Source: Flaccisagitta enflata (Eukaryota). From it: DNA of 64,000 nt. Positions within the stretch are counted from its first letter, which is position 1, and each line of letters opens with the position of its first letter. The stretch lies in NCBI GenBank assembly GCA_965153355.1, contig OZ231126.1, positions 30,132,001 to 30,196,000 of the forward strand. The letters are read 5' to 3'. The notes beneath the pieces are model-generated. The model was not told the DNA's origin and made no database searches. It saw only the letters and a list, made by a program, of their open reading frames with translations. A program made the position numbers and the translations under genes. Below, one piece after another: positions 28,079 through 42,896 of this stretch.

Positions 28079-28370
28079 TATATCTCTCTCTCTCACTTAA
28101 TTTGGCTGTTGGTCTTCTCGGCTGCTACTTACTTTCTCTCCTTCTTTCCCCCTCAATCGATTCCCAGGGACCAAGACCAGATTATCTTTCTTGGTAATTT
28201 GCCAATTGGCTTTTTTTTTCCTTTCTTCCCGTCCTCTCCCGTCTGTCTGCGCGTCTCACGGTTGCAGTGATCTCGCTTTCAATTTGGAAAATCTTCTTTC
28301 TCTTCTCTTAACGTCTTTCCTTATTCTCTGTGTTTCTAGCAATGTATATCTCTTAATTTTATGTCTCTTA

Positions 28371-28972
28371 CAGGGTCATCCACCTGAGTTGTCGGATTCT
28401 GTTAAGCTTTTACTCCTACATGCCAAGAGACATGGGTTTGAAATTAATCAAGTCTTAAAGAGTATAGATTGACATTTTTTGTATCAAAATTTCAGCCATT
28501 TTGGTCGAGTAGTTTGTCTTTTATATGAATTTGAAGTGGCATGAGTAATTTCACATTTGACAGATTTTCCATCAAAAATCAAGAATTCTGTTTGCCTTCA
28601 TTTTCATTTTTTTTTTAAATTTCTATGCCATAAAGATAAGATTGATCTTCAATGATAGATAAGCTGAGAAACATTTTAAACTACTTCAAAAACATCACTG
28701 ATTCAAGCCTTTTTTGGATTGATGATTCAAAAAAATTGTGACGTTAACCTTCACAATTCCTGAAATTTATTGAAAAATCTGCCCATTCCTGAAATAAAAG
28801 CTTTATGTTCAAATCCATGTGGAAGACAAACTACTTGACCAAAATGGATGAAATTTTGACACAAAAAATGTCAATGTATACTCTTTAAGACTAGATTAAT
28901 ATCAAATACATGACTTTTAGCATCTGTGAGTAAAAGCTTAACGGAATCCGACAACTCAGCTGGATGACCCGG
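28371..28972. mobile_element. Tc1/mariner-type MITE
   Basis: ta|CAGGGTCATCCA...TGGATGACCCGG|ta; ~150-bp TIRs. Confidence 0.85.
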
Positions 28973-29238
28973 TAGTTTGCTTCCATCTGGCTGTCCAGTG
29001 TCCACCTGTCTGTGTGTCTGTATGACTCTGAGGCTCTATGTCTTTGTCTCTGTCTTTCGCTGTTTCTGTCTTTCGCTGTCTCTGTCTTTCGCTGTCTCTG
29101 TCTTTCGCTGTCTCTGTCTTTCGCTGTCTCTGTCTTTCGCTGTCTCTGTCTCTCTCAGTCTCTGTCTCTCTCAGTCTCTGTCTCTCTCAGTCTCTGTCTC
29201 TCTCAGTCTCTGTCTCTCTCTGTCTCTGTCTCTCTCTG

Positions 29239-29358
<120 letters not shown>

Positions 29359-30567
29359 GTGCTAATAAGGGGCCTCACAAGTAGTTTAAGTTTAAAACAT
29401 CACCGAAGTTTTGTTGTTTGTCTTGATTCCATTCTTTCAAATTTCTGTTTAAAACAAAAGAAAACAAAAAAAATGTGAGTGTTTTGCTAAGTTGGTGTAA
29501 ACTGTGTTCTTTCTAGTGTTCAACAGATGAATTTAGTTAGTACCGCAACAATGAATGACAGCAAGAGAAAAAAAAAAGGAAAAAGGAATGGGGGGAGAGA
29601 AGAGAAAAAAAAGGAAAAGAAGAAATAATGTTAAATCAACTTAAAAGAAAGAAAAGGTGACGAAGAGGAAGCAGAAGAAGAAGCAGGAGGAGAAGTATTA
29701 GAAGAAGAAGAAGATGAAGAAGTAGAGGAGGAAGGAGAAGTAGAAAAACAAAGAAGAAGAAGAAGAAGAGGAAGAAAAGGGAAGAAGACGAAGGAGAAGA
29801 AAAAGAAGAAGTCAAGTCAAGAAGAAGGAGAAGAAGGAGAAGAAGAAGAAGAAGAAGAGACAAGAGGAGAATGAGGGGAAAAAAGTGATTGAAATGTACA
29901 GTAATATGAGTTGGCAAACGTTTTTATTCGCAGCTGGTGAAAAAAAGAAGAAGATTTTTCAGACTATAAAGACTTCTTTGTTCACGTAAATCGTTTTGAA
30001 AGGCGAAACAGAAATTTAATGATTTTTTAATTTCACTTTTCACTTAAGTAAAGGAAAATAAATTGATTCTACTTTACGTTGAAAGAGCACGAAAAGGAGT
30101 CCAAAACCGGTCGTAATAGTCGTCGTCTTCGTTCTCTTCATCTTTATCGTCATCGTCGTTGTCATCGTCGTCGTCATGGTCGTCATCGTCGTCTGTTAAT
30201 GATTAAGTTGTTTTGGTTGTTACTTTAAGAAAGGTGCACCGGAGTAACTGAAAAACAAAAATAAAAGTGCTCTTTCTTTCCTTCTTTTTTTTTCCTTTTT
30301 TTTTGCTTGGATATATGCACGATTTTTTTGTCCGTCTTGTCGGTTCGCAATAGCGCATGTCCACTACCTTTTCTGTGGATCCATCTTAACGTCTCTTCTG
30401 CCAATCTTCCTCATTGAGTGTGTTTCTACTGGCGACCAAAAAGTTGCTTCTTCCCATTTGACGGGATTACCCACAACACTGTGCTTTTAATGAAAATCTG
30501 AGTGAAAAATCATATAACAGTGGGTTTCTCTGCATTTTTGTGAAGTGTTGGGGTGTGATAACATGTA

Positions 30568-31179
30568 CCATCTTGGCCATAAATATGGAAACAGTTAGTG
30601 TATAAGTTGATTTATTGACTAGAATTGAACGACAAACATATCAAAACGCATCTAGTATTTTGTGTGACCGCCTTGGGCATCGACCACCGCCTGCATGCGC
30701 CGTGGCATCGATTCGTAGAGAGACTGGAGGTACGCCGGAGTGATGTTGTCCCAAACCTTTTCCGCGATTCTTTTCAGCCCAGCGATCGATGTTGCTCGTT
30801 CGTGTCGCTGCAGGTGCTTCATTTGGCTCCACAAGTTTTCAATGGGATTGAGATCTGGACTGTTTCCAGGCCAACCCTCGAAGAGCTTAACACCTCGATC
30901 CTGGTGCCATTTCTTCGTAGATTTGGCCCGATGCGCGGGTGCGCCATCTTCCATGAAGCGGAAAAACTTTTTTTCCTCCATTTCTTTCCTCCTGCAAAAA
31001 GCATATGCTTTCTTCTTTCGGCTCTCATTTCTAAACGAATAAAGATACAGGAACCAGCTTGGTCTCATTTGATAGATCTTTTGCAGACGCGAATTTTGAA
31101 AAAAAAATCATCTCTCTGCGATGAAAATTGAGCGAGTTATGACACTTTTTAGCTGTTTCCATATTTATGGCCAAGATGG
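30568..31179 (-). mobile_element. Internally deleted Tc1/mariner element
   Basis: Perfect 27-bp TIRs CCATCTTGGCCATAAATATGGAAACAG (30568-30594 / 31153-31179), TA on both sides, encloses transposase C-terminus. Confidence 0.92.
30652..30990 (-). pseudogene. Tc1-family DDE transposase, C-terminal fragment
   Basis: FMEDGAPAH...WPGNSPDLNPIENLW...SMPRRMQAVVDAQGGHTKY*; N-terminal DNA-binding domain and first catalytic D absent. Confidence 0.92.
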
Positions 31180-32177
31180 TAACTGGCCAAAATAAAATCA
31201 TCCACCGAGCGCTTTTTGAGTAATCTTCAAAATGGAAAGAAATTGGACTCATTTTCAATGAAGATTCTACTGAGTTGTATTGACATATTTTTTGACTTCA
31301 TATTGTTAATCTATGCAAAATTCCCTTTCATTTGATAGGTCACACTATATGGTTTAGTTTTAGAGTAAAGTTTTCATTTTTTGAGCCACCGTTACTTTTT
31401 TGTAACGGTGACTCAAAAAATGAAAATTTCAATTCTTTGCGAAAATCTGGAGTGCGACCTATCAAATGAAAGAGAATTTTGCATAGATTAACAATATGGA
31501 GTCAAAAAATAGGTCAATACAACTCAGTAGAATCTTCATTGAAAATGGGTTCAATTTTTTAATATTTTGAAGATTCCTCAAAAAGTGCTCAGTGAATGAT
31601 TTTATTTTGGCTAGTTACATGTTATCACACCCCAACACTATATAAAAATGCAAAGAAACCCACTGTTATGCGATTTTTCACTCAGATTCTTTTTGAAAGC
31701 ACAGTGACAAAGGAGTGAACAAAATGAATGAGTGTAGCCAAAGGGAGCACTGGGGAGCGAGTGAGCGGTGCGAGCGAACGAATGTAGCGAGCGATTGTCG
31801 GTGACTAGAAACTCACCCTTCCTCTTTCCGTCAGTTTGCGCGAGTGTCTGTCTTCTGGTCGGAATGTCAATTTACCTGTCTAGTGTCTATATTCCTGTCC
31901 GTCAGTTTGTCAATCAATTCCTCGTTCGCTTGTCAGGCGTCAATAACTTGCTTACCCTCGGTCTGTTGCCTGTCTTCTCTATTGTCTGTCTGTCTGTCTG
32001 TGTCTGTCTGCCGGTCTACGTGGCCTACGTGCCCATGTCTGCTGTCTGTCTATCTTTCCGTCTTGGTATATGTCTACTCTTTCTTGCCGTGACAGGTGAC
32101 AGTGACAACAATGTGTTTTTGTATTTTTGTGTGACTGTGTATCAATGGTCTCTGCATGTCTTCGTCAATAAATTAAT

Positions 32178-32235
<58 letters not shown>

Positions 32236-32899
32236 GCGTGTGCGTGTGTGTGTGTGTGTTTGTGTGTTTGTGTGTTTGTGTGTTTGTGTGTTTGTGCGTG
32301 CGTGCGCGCGCGCGTGCGTGCATGCGTGCGTGCGTGTGCGTTTTCAATGAATGACAAGATTCTCGGGCAATACAAAGCGGGAACCAATCGCCGACGGCCC
32401 CCGTCAAAACAACAACAACCAAACCAATAACCACAAAAGCAACAACAACATTAACGACCACCAAAACATTGATGTGAATCAACATCAAAGGATCAGACAA
32501 CTTCCGATTAAATGTTGCTTGATGACGAGGGAATTGAGGCAGGAGAGGAGAAAAGTGTTTTAAAGTATGAAATGGAGGGCAGTATAAAGAATGAAATGGT
32601 ATAGGGCAAAATGAATGGTGATGGGGCTTATTGGAGGTGATGAGGGTTGGAAGCCTCAAGCAAAGAGAAGCGGGATGTGGGGTGTATAAGAGGAGAAGAT
32701 AGGGCTAAAGAAAAGCATGGTAAGTTGGAGAAGAGGGGAAAGTGGAATAATGAGGAAAGGGGAGCAATGGATCGGGGAGTGACAGGAGTAAGGCCTGGGA
32801 CCATGGTGGGTAGAGAAAGGAGAGAATTAAATCAGGGGTTAGATAAAAAGCCAATGAAAAAGGTTGTTCAAATAAAAATTACGAAACGAAATAGTTGCC

Positions 32900-33059
32900 T
32901 TTTTAGATGCGTCCTCGCATCTCTATAATTGGCCGTGTCCGTCCGTCGGTCGGTTGGTCGGTTGGTTGGTTGGTTGGTTACGCATTCGTCAATATCGCGA
33001 AACTCTTCATAATTTTGATATAAAAGTGCATCATCATCATCGTAATCATCATTGACATT

Positions 33060-33100
<41 letters not shown>

Positions 33101-33494
33101 CATCATCATCATCATTACCATCATCATCGTCGTCGTCGTCGTCGTCGTCATCGTCGTCTTTGTCGTCATCATCATCGTCGTCCCCATCATGGTCATCGTA
33201 AACATCGTCGTCCTCATCATCGTCGTCGTCATCATCGTCGTCGTCATCAGTGTCATCATTGTCATCATCGTCATCATCATCGTCGTCATCATTGTCGTCA
33301 TTTTTGTCATGTTACACCATATAAAGTAGACCTTATAAAATGAGACTGTATAAAGTAGACCTTATAAAGTGAGACCGTGTAAAGTAACACCATATATATA
33401 AAGTAAGACCCTATACAGTGAGACCATATGAAATTAGACCATATAAACCAAGACCGTATAAAGAAAGACCATTTAAACCAAGACAAGACGCATC
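32900..33494 (+). mobile_element. HINE-like family B copy (ATC/GTC and AGACCATATAAAG arrays), 3' end degraded
   Basis: Same 5' hairpin and (GGTY)n tract; GACGCATC at 33487. Confidence 0.6.
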
Positions 33495-33559
33495 AGCATT
33501 ATCGTCGTCATCAAAAACAACATTATGGCCATCATCATAAACATCAGCATCATAGTTAC

Positions 33560-33627
<68 letters not shown>

Positions 33628-34066
33628 CCACCATCAGCATCATCATCATTGTTACCATCATCATCATCAGCATCGTCATCATAATCATCATCATCATTTC
33701 CATCGACATCATCATTATCATAGTTTCTTTCCCGTCATCATCATAATCATCATCATCCTCATCATTGTTACCATCGTCATCATCTTTACCATCATCATCA
33801 TTGTCATCAGCGTCGTCGTCGTGGTTGTCATCAGCATCATCGTTACAATCGTCATCATTTATCAACATGATCATTAACGTAGTCTTTTTTTCTGTTGTCA
33901 TCATCATCATCGTCATATTCATCATCATCATCGTCATGTTCATCATCATCATCATCATCATCATCGTCATCATCATCATCATCGTCATATTCATCGTCAC
34001 CATCATCAGCGTCATCGCTACAATCGTCATCGTTGTCATCATTCAACATCATTATTATTAACATTG

Positions 34067-34411
34067 TTTTTTTTAGATGCGTCCTCGCATCTCTATAAGA
34101 GGGCATGTCCGTCCGTCGGTTGGTCGGTCGGTTACACATTTATCATAATCCACTATATCTATGCCATATTACACATGAATCACAACTGGATCAATAAAGC
34201 AGAGCAACATAGCGTAAAATCAGATTATATAGAGACATTTTTAGTGAGATTAAAGTAGAACCATATAAAGAAGACCATCTCAGAAGACTATATGAGAATA
34301 AATATAAAGAAAGACATATAAAGAAAAGACCATATAAAGAAAGACCATATAAAAAGAAAGACCATATAAATAAAGAAGAGAGGACGCATCGTTGGCCTAT
34401 CAAGCCTTGTT
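34067..34411 (+). mobile_element. HINE-like family B copy with AAGAAAGACCATATA 15-mer array
   Basis: ttttAGATGCGTCCTCGCATCT...GAGGACGCATCgttggcctatcaagccttgtt. Confidence 0.78.
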
Positions 34412-34495
34412 TTATAATTTTCTACAATTTAGAGGTTGTTGTTTTGTTGATAGGTGGTGGCTAAAAGAAAATCCCAAGAGAAGAGAGAAGAATTA

Positions 34496-34600
<105 letters not shown>

Positions 34601-34956
34601 AAGAGAAAGAGAAAGAGAGAGAACAAAAAGAGACAGAGAGAAAGAAAAATAGAGATAACGTTGGGATTATTTTATTTTTGTGGCCGTCTCCTGTTTTTCT
34701 TTTTCGTTATTCTAAATATGTCAATTTTCGACTTTTCTTCTGCCACAAAGATTAAAAAAGAGAGCAACATGAAAGAATCCAGTCCGGCCCGGATCGTGCT
34801 CTCTCTGTCTCTCTTTCTGGCTTCTCTCTCTGTCTCTCTTTCTGGCTCCTCTCTCTTTCTGGCATCTCTCGTTGTCTCTCTTTCTTCTCCTGTCCGTTTT
34901 TTCTGTCTCCTTTTTTCTTTCTGTGCGCGTGTGTGAGTGTACGTATGCGTTTGCGC

Positions 34957-35034
<78 letters not shown>

Positions 35035-35677
35035 AAAGGGATAGACAAGGGAGAGAGACGAAAACAACCAAGCAGATGATAAACAAGGCCGGATACACGG
35101 CAATCCAGTCGCGGACGGTTGGGCAGGAGCAGTGATGCGAAAACCGATCGCAATTCAAAAATGTTACGGAGGGACGGACGGACGGACCGACCGACACGGC
35201 AAGTTGTAGAGTCGCGTGTCCGCGACTAAAAACAAAAATGTAAAAATGTGAACAGAATTTGTTAAAAAAAATATTGTGACGCGTGATCGTGAATGTTGAT
35301 CATTGAGCCCTTTTGAGAAAGGAAGACCAGGAGAAAGAAGGACAAGAGGAACTCGGAAAGAAAGGCAGGAAATCTATACAGAAAGAAGTCTAAACAAGGC
35401 CGGATACACGGCCAATATCAGTCGCGGACGGGTGGGCAGGGGCGGAAATGCGTGTTTTCCCACTTTTTGACTCGAGCGTGACGGACCGACCGACCAACCG
35501 ACCAACCGACCAACCAACCAACCAACCGACGGACGGACGGACAAAGCCTCTTATAGAGTCGCTAGTCCGCGACTAAAAAGAAGGAATGAAAATAAAGAGA
35601 CACAGAGAAAGAAGAAGAGAAATATATAAGATGAAAGAAAAATCCAAAGGAAGGAATAGAGAAAGCAAGGGAAAAAG

Positions 35678-35748
<71 letters not shown>

Positions 35749-35835
35749 AAATAAAATGAACAGACGCATTCACAAAGGGAAAACTGGCCGAAACCAGCAA
35801 ACACTGTGAAAAGGGTATAAAGATAAGACCAAGGG

Positions 35836-35866
<31 letters not shown>

Positions 35867-35997
35867 GTTGTTTGCATCATTGAGATAACTCGGAAAATGT
35901 AAATAATCTGTAGGGTATGAACGGATTTCAGAGAGATCACGTCTAAGATCAGCGGTGAATTCAACCCAAGGGAAGGAAAAAAATAAAAGAGAGAGAG

Positions 35998-36104
<107 letters not shown>

Positions 36105-36111
36105 CACAGCG

Positions 36112-36182
<71 letters not shown>

Positions 36183-36610
36183 AGAGAGAAAGAAAGATTG
36201 GTAGGATAAAACCTCTTACATATTTGCAAGGATACTGTGCGAAATCAGGCATCACGGACAACATATAACACATGGCAAGATAATAGCATAAAATCAGTGA
36301 AGAGTAAGAAAGAACAAATGACGCGGGGTCACAATATCGTTGCGGACGGGTGAGCAGGGGCAGCCAAACACCATCCACACCCAACGTCCCACTCAACCCC
36401 CCTTCCAACACAGACACATACACAAAAAGACTTCTAAAACACTCGTTTTATCACTTTGACTCGTGCTCACAGACGGACCGAGGGAGGGACGGACGGACAA
36501 AGCCTCTTATAGAGTTGCGTTTACCAAAACTGAAATCGTATCACATCGATTCCGACTATCACCTCTCATCACAAAAACTGTGATAATTCCATTGAGTTGG
36601 GAAAAAGAGT

Positions 36611-36654
<44 letters not shown>

Positions 36655-37059
36655 GAGTATCAAATTACCATCCAATTGCTCTGAATGTGAGGATTGACAA
36701 TGGCTGCCCTGAGACCTGTTTTGTTCTTTAGTGAGAGCGGTTGAGGAGTTAACTGTGAGAGCGGTTCAGGAATCAAGATGATTTTGTGCAATTGTGAGAC
36801 TGTGAGAGTGGTTCAGAATGCATTTGTCACAGACGACAAAAAATGCTCACTTTTTAGAAATGTTACGTCCAAAATGATATGGACGTAGCGGTTTTTTGGT
36901 CAAGTGCACGCAACTCTACAACCTGCTACTATGTCGGTCGGTCGGTTGGTCGATTTGCCCATCGATCGTTTTTTTTTTTTTTTGCTTTTATAGGCAGTAT
37001 CTGAATCACTGCTCCTGCTCATGCACGCGACTTGGGTAGCCAACCTTGTTTCTCTCAAG

Positions 37060-37565
37060 TATCTATGGTTCTGCTTTGCTTCGCTAGTCATGCAGCCATT
37101 GGATGACGTTCTAGAATTAGTTATTCGCCACTATTGGCCCACATGGCCATATTGCATAAGACGGCCTTCCTAACTGTGATTGTTACTATTTCGGAGCTTT
37201 CCCCAATATCACTGACAGTCTTAAGTCGATTTAGGTAAAACAGAAGAAGACGAGGAGAGTTATGTAACTGATTGGGTCGATTCAGTCGAGAAACACGGAG
37301 ATCTTTACGATGACATCCTTACTATGGTAAATGGTCCGTTTCAGTTCAATTGACAAGATCTCAGAAGTCAGAACTACCAATCCTGAATAGTTGCAGTGTG
37401 TAACTATTTTTCCTTTTTTATGATAAGTGGAACAACATCCCTCACTAGCATGGATGAACGCCAGGGTGACTTTACTCATGCTTATATTTGAATCAGGACT
37501 TTCTCGTGAGAGAAATGTGACTATTTCCTTCACTAATGATGATCATTGAACGCAGATTAGGTTCA
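37060..37565 (-). pseudogene. Highly decayed RTE-like LINE ORF2 fragment
   Basis: Across frames: LRSMIIISEG (cf. YLGSIISxxG) and RLMQYGHV (cf. RLxWxGHV) in the expected order; many stops. Confidence 0.35.
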
Positions 37566-37587
37566 TCTCAAGAAGTTAAATGTTTTG

Positions 37588-37730
37588 TATATTGTTGCAT
37601 GTTGTTGAATATTGTTGAATATTGTTGAATATTGTTGCATATTGTTGCATGTTGTTGAATATTGTTGAATATTGTTGGATATTGTTGAATATTGTTGAAT
37701 ATTGTTGCATATTGTTGCATATTGTTGCAT

Positions 37731-37783
<53 letters not shown>
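37588..37783. repeat. 10-bp minisatellite (ATATTGTTGA/GC)n grading into (GTT)n
   Basis: Direct reading. Confidence 0.9.
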
Positions 37784-37784
<1 letters not shown>

Positions 37785-37818
37785 CTTGCTTGTGAAAAAC
37801 TGATAGAAAATTAGAATA

Positions 37819-38250
37819 CACGCTGTATTTTGTCTAAGAACACTGTTTATAAGAACATCAGCCTCAGATTTGGTGAAAAAATAAGAACATTCTAAGAACA
37901 TGCCGAGGCTCAGATTTTGGCATAAATACATTCTTAAGTACATTTTGATATATTTTAAGGAAACTATCAAAAGTTGTACAGAATCCTCTAATCTAAACAA
38001 TTATTCGACCAATTACCTTTATCATTAACATTTTCTGTAATTTTATAACTTGCAAAAACAAAATTTTGCATTAACTGAGAATAGAGGACTTTAATTTCAT
38101 TGATTATAAATAGCTAGCAACTATTATTATGAATCTCCAATACTACAAAAATAAGAACATGTTAAGAACGTTTGAGGCTGAAACTGGCTAAAAAATAAGA
38201 ACGCTGAGCCTCACTTCAAAAAACAGTGTTCTTATAAAAAATACGGCGTG
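37819..38250. mobile_element. TAAGAAC-type MITE, second copy
   Basis: ta|CACGCTGTATTTT...AAAAATACGGCGTG|ta with TAAGAAC repeats. Confidence 0.78.
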
Positions 38251-38946
38251 TACGACACCAAAATTGATGTTGGGCGATATGTCGCTTGAAATTTGCTACT
38301 GTAATTTTAATTGTTTTCGTTGAAGTTTTTCCGTTTCTTTTTTCGTTTTAGTAGTGAGAATTTGAAAATGTAAAACGCGCGCAAAAAAAAAAAAAAAAAA
38401 AAAAAAATAACAAACAAAACGATCTAGTAAACTATTACAAACGCAAAGCCGATAAATCTACAAATTCATGGCTCACATTGTTTAGCCTTGAGACAAGATC
38501 TGCCTTTGTTGTGGCCTCATCTTCGGCGTACATCCAAGTAGCACATTCGAAATCACAAATCATCAAATATTACATCCAATGACTTTAGGTTGAGTAATTA
38601 TTCCTTTGTTGAAGGTCGTTCAAGGACGAAAAATGAAGGAGAAAAAAAAGAGGTCTGAAGAGTAATCCAAAGTAAAAAACGCATTTGGTTTCAATTTGTA
38701 TCGGTATCGTCGATGTGTATACAATGATCATCAATTGAATCAATAAGGTGAGAATCTTTAAATTGAGATGAGTGTTCCATATTTTAATTAATATCTATTT
38801 TAAAACTTTAATACCCGGGCTTGGAGGATATATCATATGGCGAACAGAAAGATGATAATGATACATGATAAAACGGCTTTGAAAAAAAACTTCGGATTCG
38901 CGTTCGAGGATTGAGGCTTAATACACCAAGGGTTAGATGCCAGACT

Positions 38947-39048
<102 letters not shown>

Positions 39049-39059
39049 GTTTTGCCGAT

Positions 39060-39320
39060 CATTGGGCCAATTAGCTACATTTGAATCCCCAATCCAGCCA
39101 ATGTTAAAGATTCCTTACTAATGCTCAACATTATTTTCGACTTTTTCTTTGGGGTACTCTCAAAGTTTGAGATGAGCTAAAGGACCAATCAAAGGCGAGA
39201 ATATTGAAGAATTAGCCAACCATGGCATATAATCACCAGGTTGTAAACTTTTGGCGCACCAGACGGCAAAATTTTTGCGCCAATCAGCTACTGAGGTCTT
39301 AGCAGGACGTCCAATGAGGG
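39060..39320. promoter_or_regulatory. Candidate promoter: CCAAT cluster plus E2F-like site
   Basis: Six CCAAT on the + strand, TTTTGGCGC at 39249, TTTGAA at 39080, between (TC)n and (AG)n tracts. Confidence 0.4.
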
Positions 39321-39368
39321 ACATCGGGAACTCGTCTCCTTAACGAATGCATTGTATCCCGCATTAAC

Positions 39369-39428
<60 letters not shown>

Positions 39429-39822
39429 ATAGATTGACCATTGGATAGTGGGGGTTCTCTTCTTCTGTTCACGCTGCGTCTAACCCCACCCCCCCCCGCT
39501 CACTCCATCTCTTTCATCATTAAAACAACTTTAAGTTACTTCATAGATAAGCGAAACCCCCGAAATAAGATGAACCCTCGAGCGAACCAGACTACAATGT
39601 ACTTTGGGACCGAGAGCTCTTCATACTATGACAGATCCTCCCTGATTATGGAGGGAAATTGTGAAGCTGCGTGAACCATCTGTCGGTCAGTCCATATGTC
39701 CATCCACCCTTCCTTATGTCCGTCCATCTTGCTGTATGTTTGTTTATCTCTTCGTTTATCTGTCCATCGATCCTGTCTGTCCGTCCGTCTGCCCATCCAT
39801 TTCGTACTTATGGAATTACATT

Positions 39823-40043
39823 AAACAAGGCCGGATACACGGCTACCCCAGTCGCGTGCGGGTGGGCAGGGGCCATAATTGAGGTCAGTGGAGCATTTGG
39901 GCAGGAGCAGTAAGGCCAAAAACCCCATTAACGCCGAAAAAGTAAAGTTTGACGGACGGACGGACGGACGGACGGACGGACGGACGGACTGACGGACGGA
40001 CCGACAAAGCGGGGTGTAGAGTCGCGTAGCACGCGACTAAAAA
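39823..40043 (-). mobile_element. Near-intact HINE-like family A copy
   Basis: Closely similar to 3286-3508, with clean (GGAC)n and AGTCGCGTAGCACGCGACT hairpin. Confidence 0.8.
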
Positions 40044-42453
40044 GCAAAGAAAAAAAGAAGCTTTGGACATACTGATTCAAGGTGGGGGATGCGAGGTCAT
40101 GGATCTCAGAGAGAAACCTGTCCACCACTCGGCTAAAAAAAAGACGAAACCTGTTAGGAAAAATGATAAAGCAAGTATCAAAATTGATTTTTTTTTCAAA
40201 GAAGACATTTTGATAGATTTTCAAAAAATCTTTCAATCTAGACCAATCCCAGTTCTGTATCTCAAACGGTTTAGAAGCTAGAGCCTAGCAAAGAGAAGCA
40301 CTGATTTGCAAAATGCATTTTTACATAGGGATTGCAAAATTGAAATGGGCAACATTTTCACTCAAATTAATGCCATTTCTTTAATGAAAAATGATAACAA
40401 TACCAGATTAGCGTCAAATGAAAGTACTTTCAAAGGGCTTTCAGATGACCTAAGATTTAAATAGTTTTTTTTTATTCATAGGTAAAATAAGCCATCCAAA
40501 AGTACGTCTTTTTTTTAGTCGTACGGTAATTCTACAAACTGCATCCATTTATTATGAAATTAAGATTTGCCAAGTTTCACTAACATCTGACAAGGTCCTG
40601 ATTGGGCCGCCACCCCCCTCTGATTACCATTAGATTTAATGGAAGCTTTATGAGGGAAAATTTTTGTTAGGCTTATTGCCATTGTCGAATGGGGGTGGCG
40701 GCCTTGTCAGATGGTCATGAAACTTGGAAAATGTAATGATAATGATAGAATGGGGGGCAGTTCGTAAAATAAGATAGGCTTCTGAGACCTAAGTCCTCGC
40801 ATCCCTCAATGATGGACCAACCGACGGACCGAAGGAAAGACGGAGCATCAGACCAGTCATCTGCATACGACTGCAAATTGCAACGGGTGAAAAACTTCCC
40901 GTCCCCAACTCCTCCCTCCTCCGCCTCCACCTCTTTCCTGGCCTCTCTTTTCTACGCATGTTTGACTTAGTCATCATCAGGTGCGGGACTGTTTTCCAAG
41001 CATTTCCTTTTTCCCTTTGAATAGTTACCATTCACTCCGCTTCTGAGTCTTATTCAGTTCTGCTTTATGTCTGTTAAAAAAGTTTTCTTGATTCTTTCAC
41101 ACCCTTCAAAATGAAACAGGATTCGCGTCATGATGGACATTTGTGAATTTGAATATTTATTTTTTATATGTCTTGATGCATGAAACTAGAGCAACTTTCC
41201 TTTATGTCTTGTACTGTCCTATTATGGTTAAAATCAGTGTTGAACCATTATCACATTTGTCAAGTCCTGTTTGATTTTGTGAAGTTAAACAACAATCCTG
41301 TTGGTCTTGTCCTCGTCCAGTCATGTCTGGTCATCACATGCAAGTTTGTCCTACAATGAAAGGGTCTAATTGAGCAGAGGCCCTGAGTATAGAGTCATAA
41401 CATTAGTTGCACTTTGGAATAATCCACTGCATTTGGAAAATCTCATTTGCATCTTCACACATCGACAAGAGGTCATGTTCATTGGCTAATTACTTGATTA
41501 TCTCCTAGGGAAAAGTTTATTTCATTATCAAAACAGGCAAGTGTATGATTGTACAAGCAAGACCAGATTAACGGCTACCAATGTCGCGTGCCGGTGGGCA
41601 GGAGCAGTCATGAGAAAGACTAATAAAGTTTTGGCAGGAGCAGCAATGCAAAGCCGCCCATAAACACAGAAAGGAAAGTGCTACTGATTCTCCGACTGAC
41701 CATCAAACCAACCAATCGACAAAGCGGGTTGTACAGTCTAAAAATTGGCGAGATCCTGAAACTAATCAAAACAAGGCCGCGTACACGGCTACCTGCTGCA
41801 TGCGGCTGTGCACCCGTCAGGGACGGCGATGAAATGGGTTTATCATTTACTTAGGCATTGGCATGGCAGTGATGTATTGATAGCACATAAACGCTAAAAA
41901 CTAAGTGTGACAACTGGGTGATCGACCGGAACTGAGTAAATCTTTTTGGACGATGAGTAATGGCATCATACATTTCTGTCTGGTCACCCGGTAGATCGGC
42001 TTTTGCGCTTCAATCAATGAGTCAGCAATATTTCACAAATGCACTGTTTTTTTACTCAATTGTGATGACCATTCCATTTTAAAGATGGATGTTATTCAAA
42101 GGGTGCCCGCTCAAAGGGTGCCCGTTCCCATTTTCTCTGCTCTCTTTTTTCCCTCACCGTAAAAGACTGGAGATCATTGTTTCTTTTTCCTTCCAGCTCC
42201 AGTTTTCTCATTCACTTTTTTTATTCAATACAGGAGGGAGTACAAAGCGAGGGGGGGGAGGAAGTTTGAAAGGAGTGGACCAGATCAGTAGACCACCCAA
42301 GAAGCTTCCGTGCGTGAAAAAGAGGGGCACGAGAAAGAGGCACAGGTCTAGAACATTGCCGCACACAAACGGGCGCTACGTCTCGCCTTCATCGAAATGC
42401 TTCCGTTAACTCTCTGTCTCTCTCAGTCTCTGTCTCTGACTTTCTTTTTGTGG

Positions 42454-42896
<443 letters not shown>

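Larger units (their letters stand above)
30477..31706. mobile_element. Fully palindromic non-autonomous DNA transposon (CACTGTG ends, 4-bp TSD ACAA), interrupted by the Tc1 insertion
   Basis: acaa|CACTGTGC...GCACAGTG|acaa; removing the Tc1 leaves one ~615-bp imperfect hairpin centred near 31398. Confidence 0.85.
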
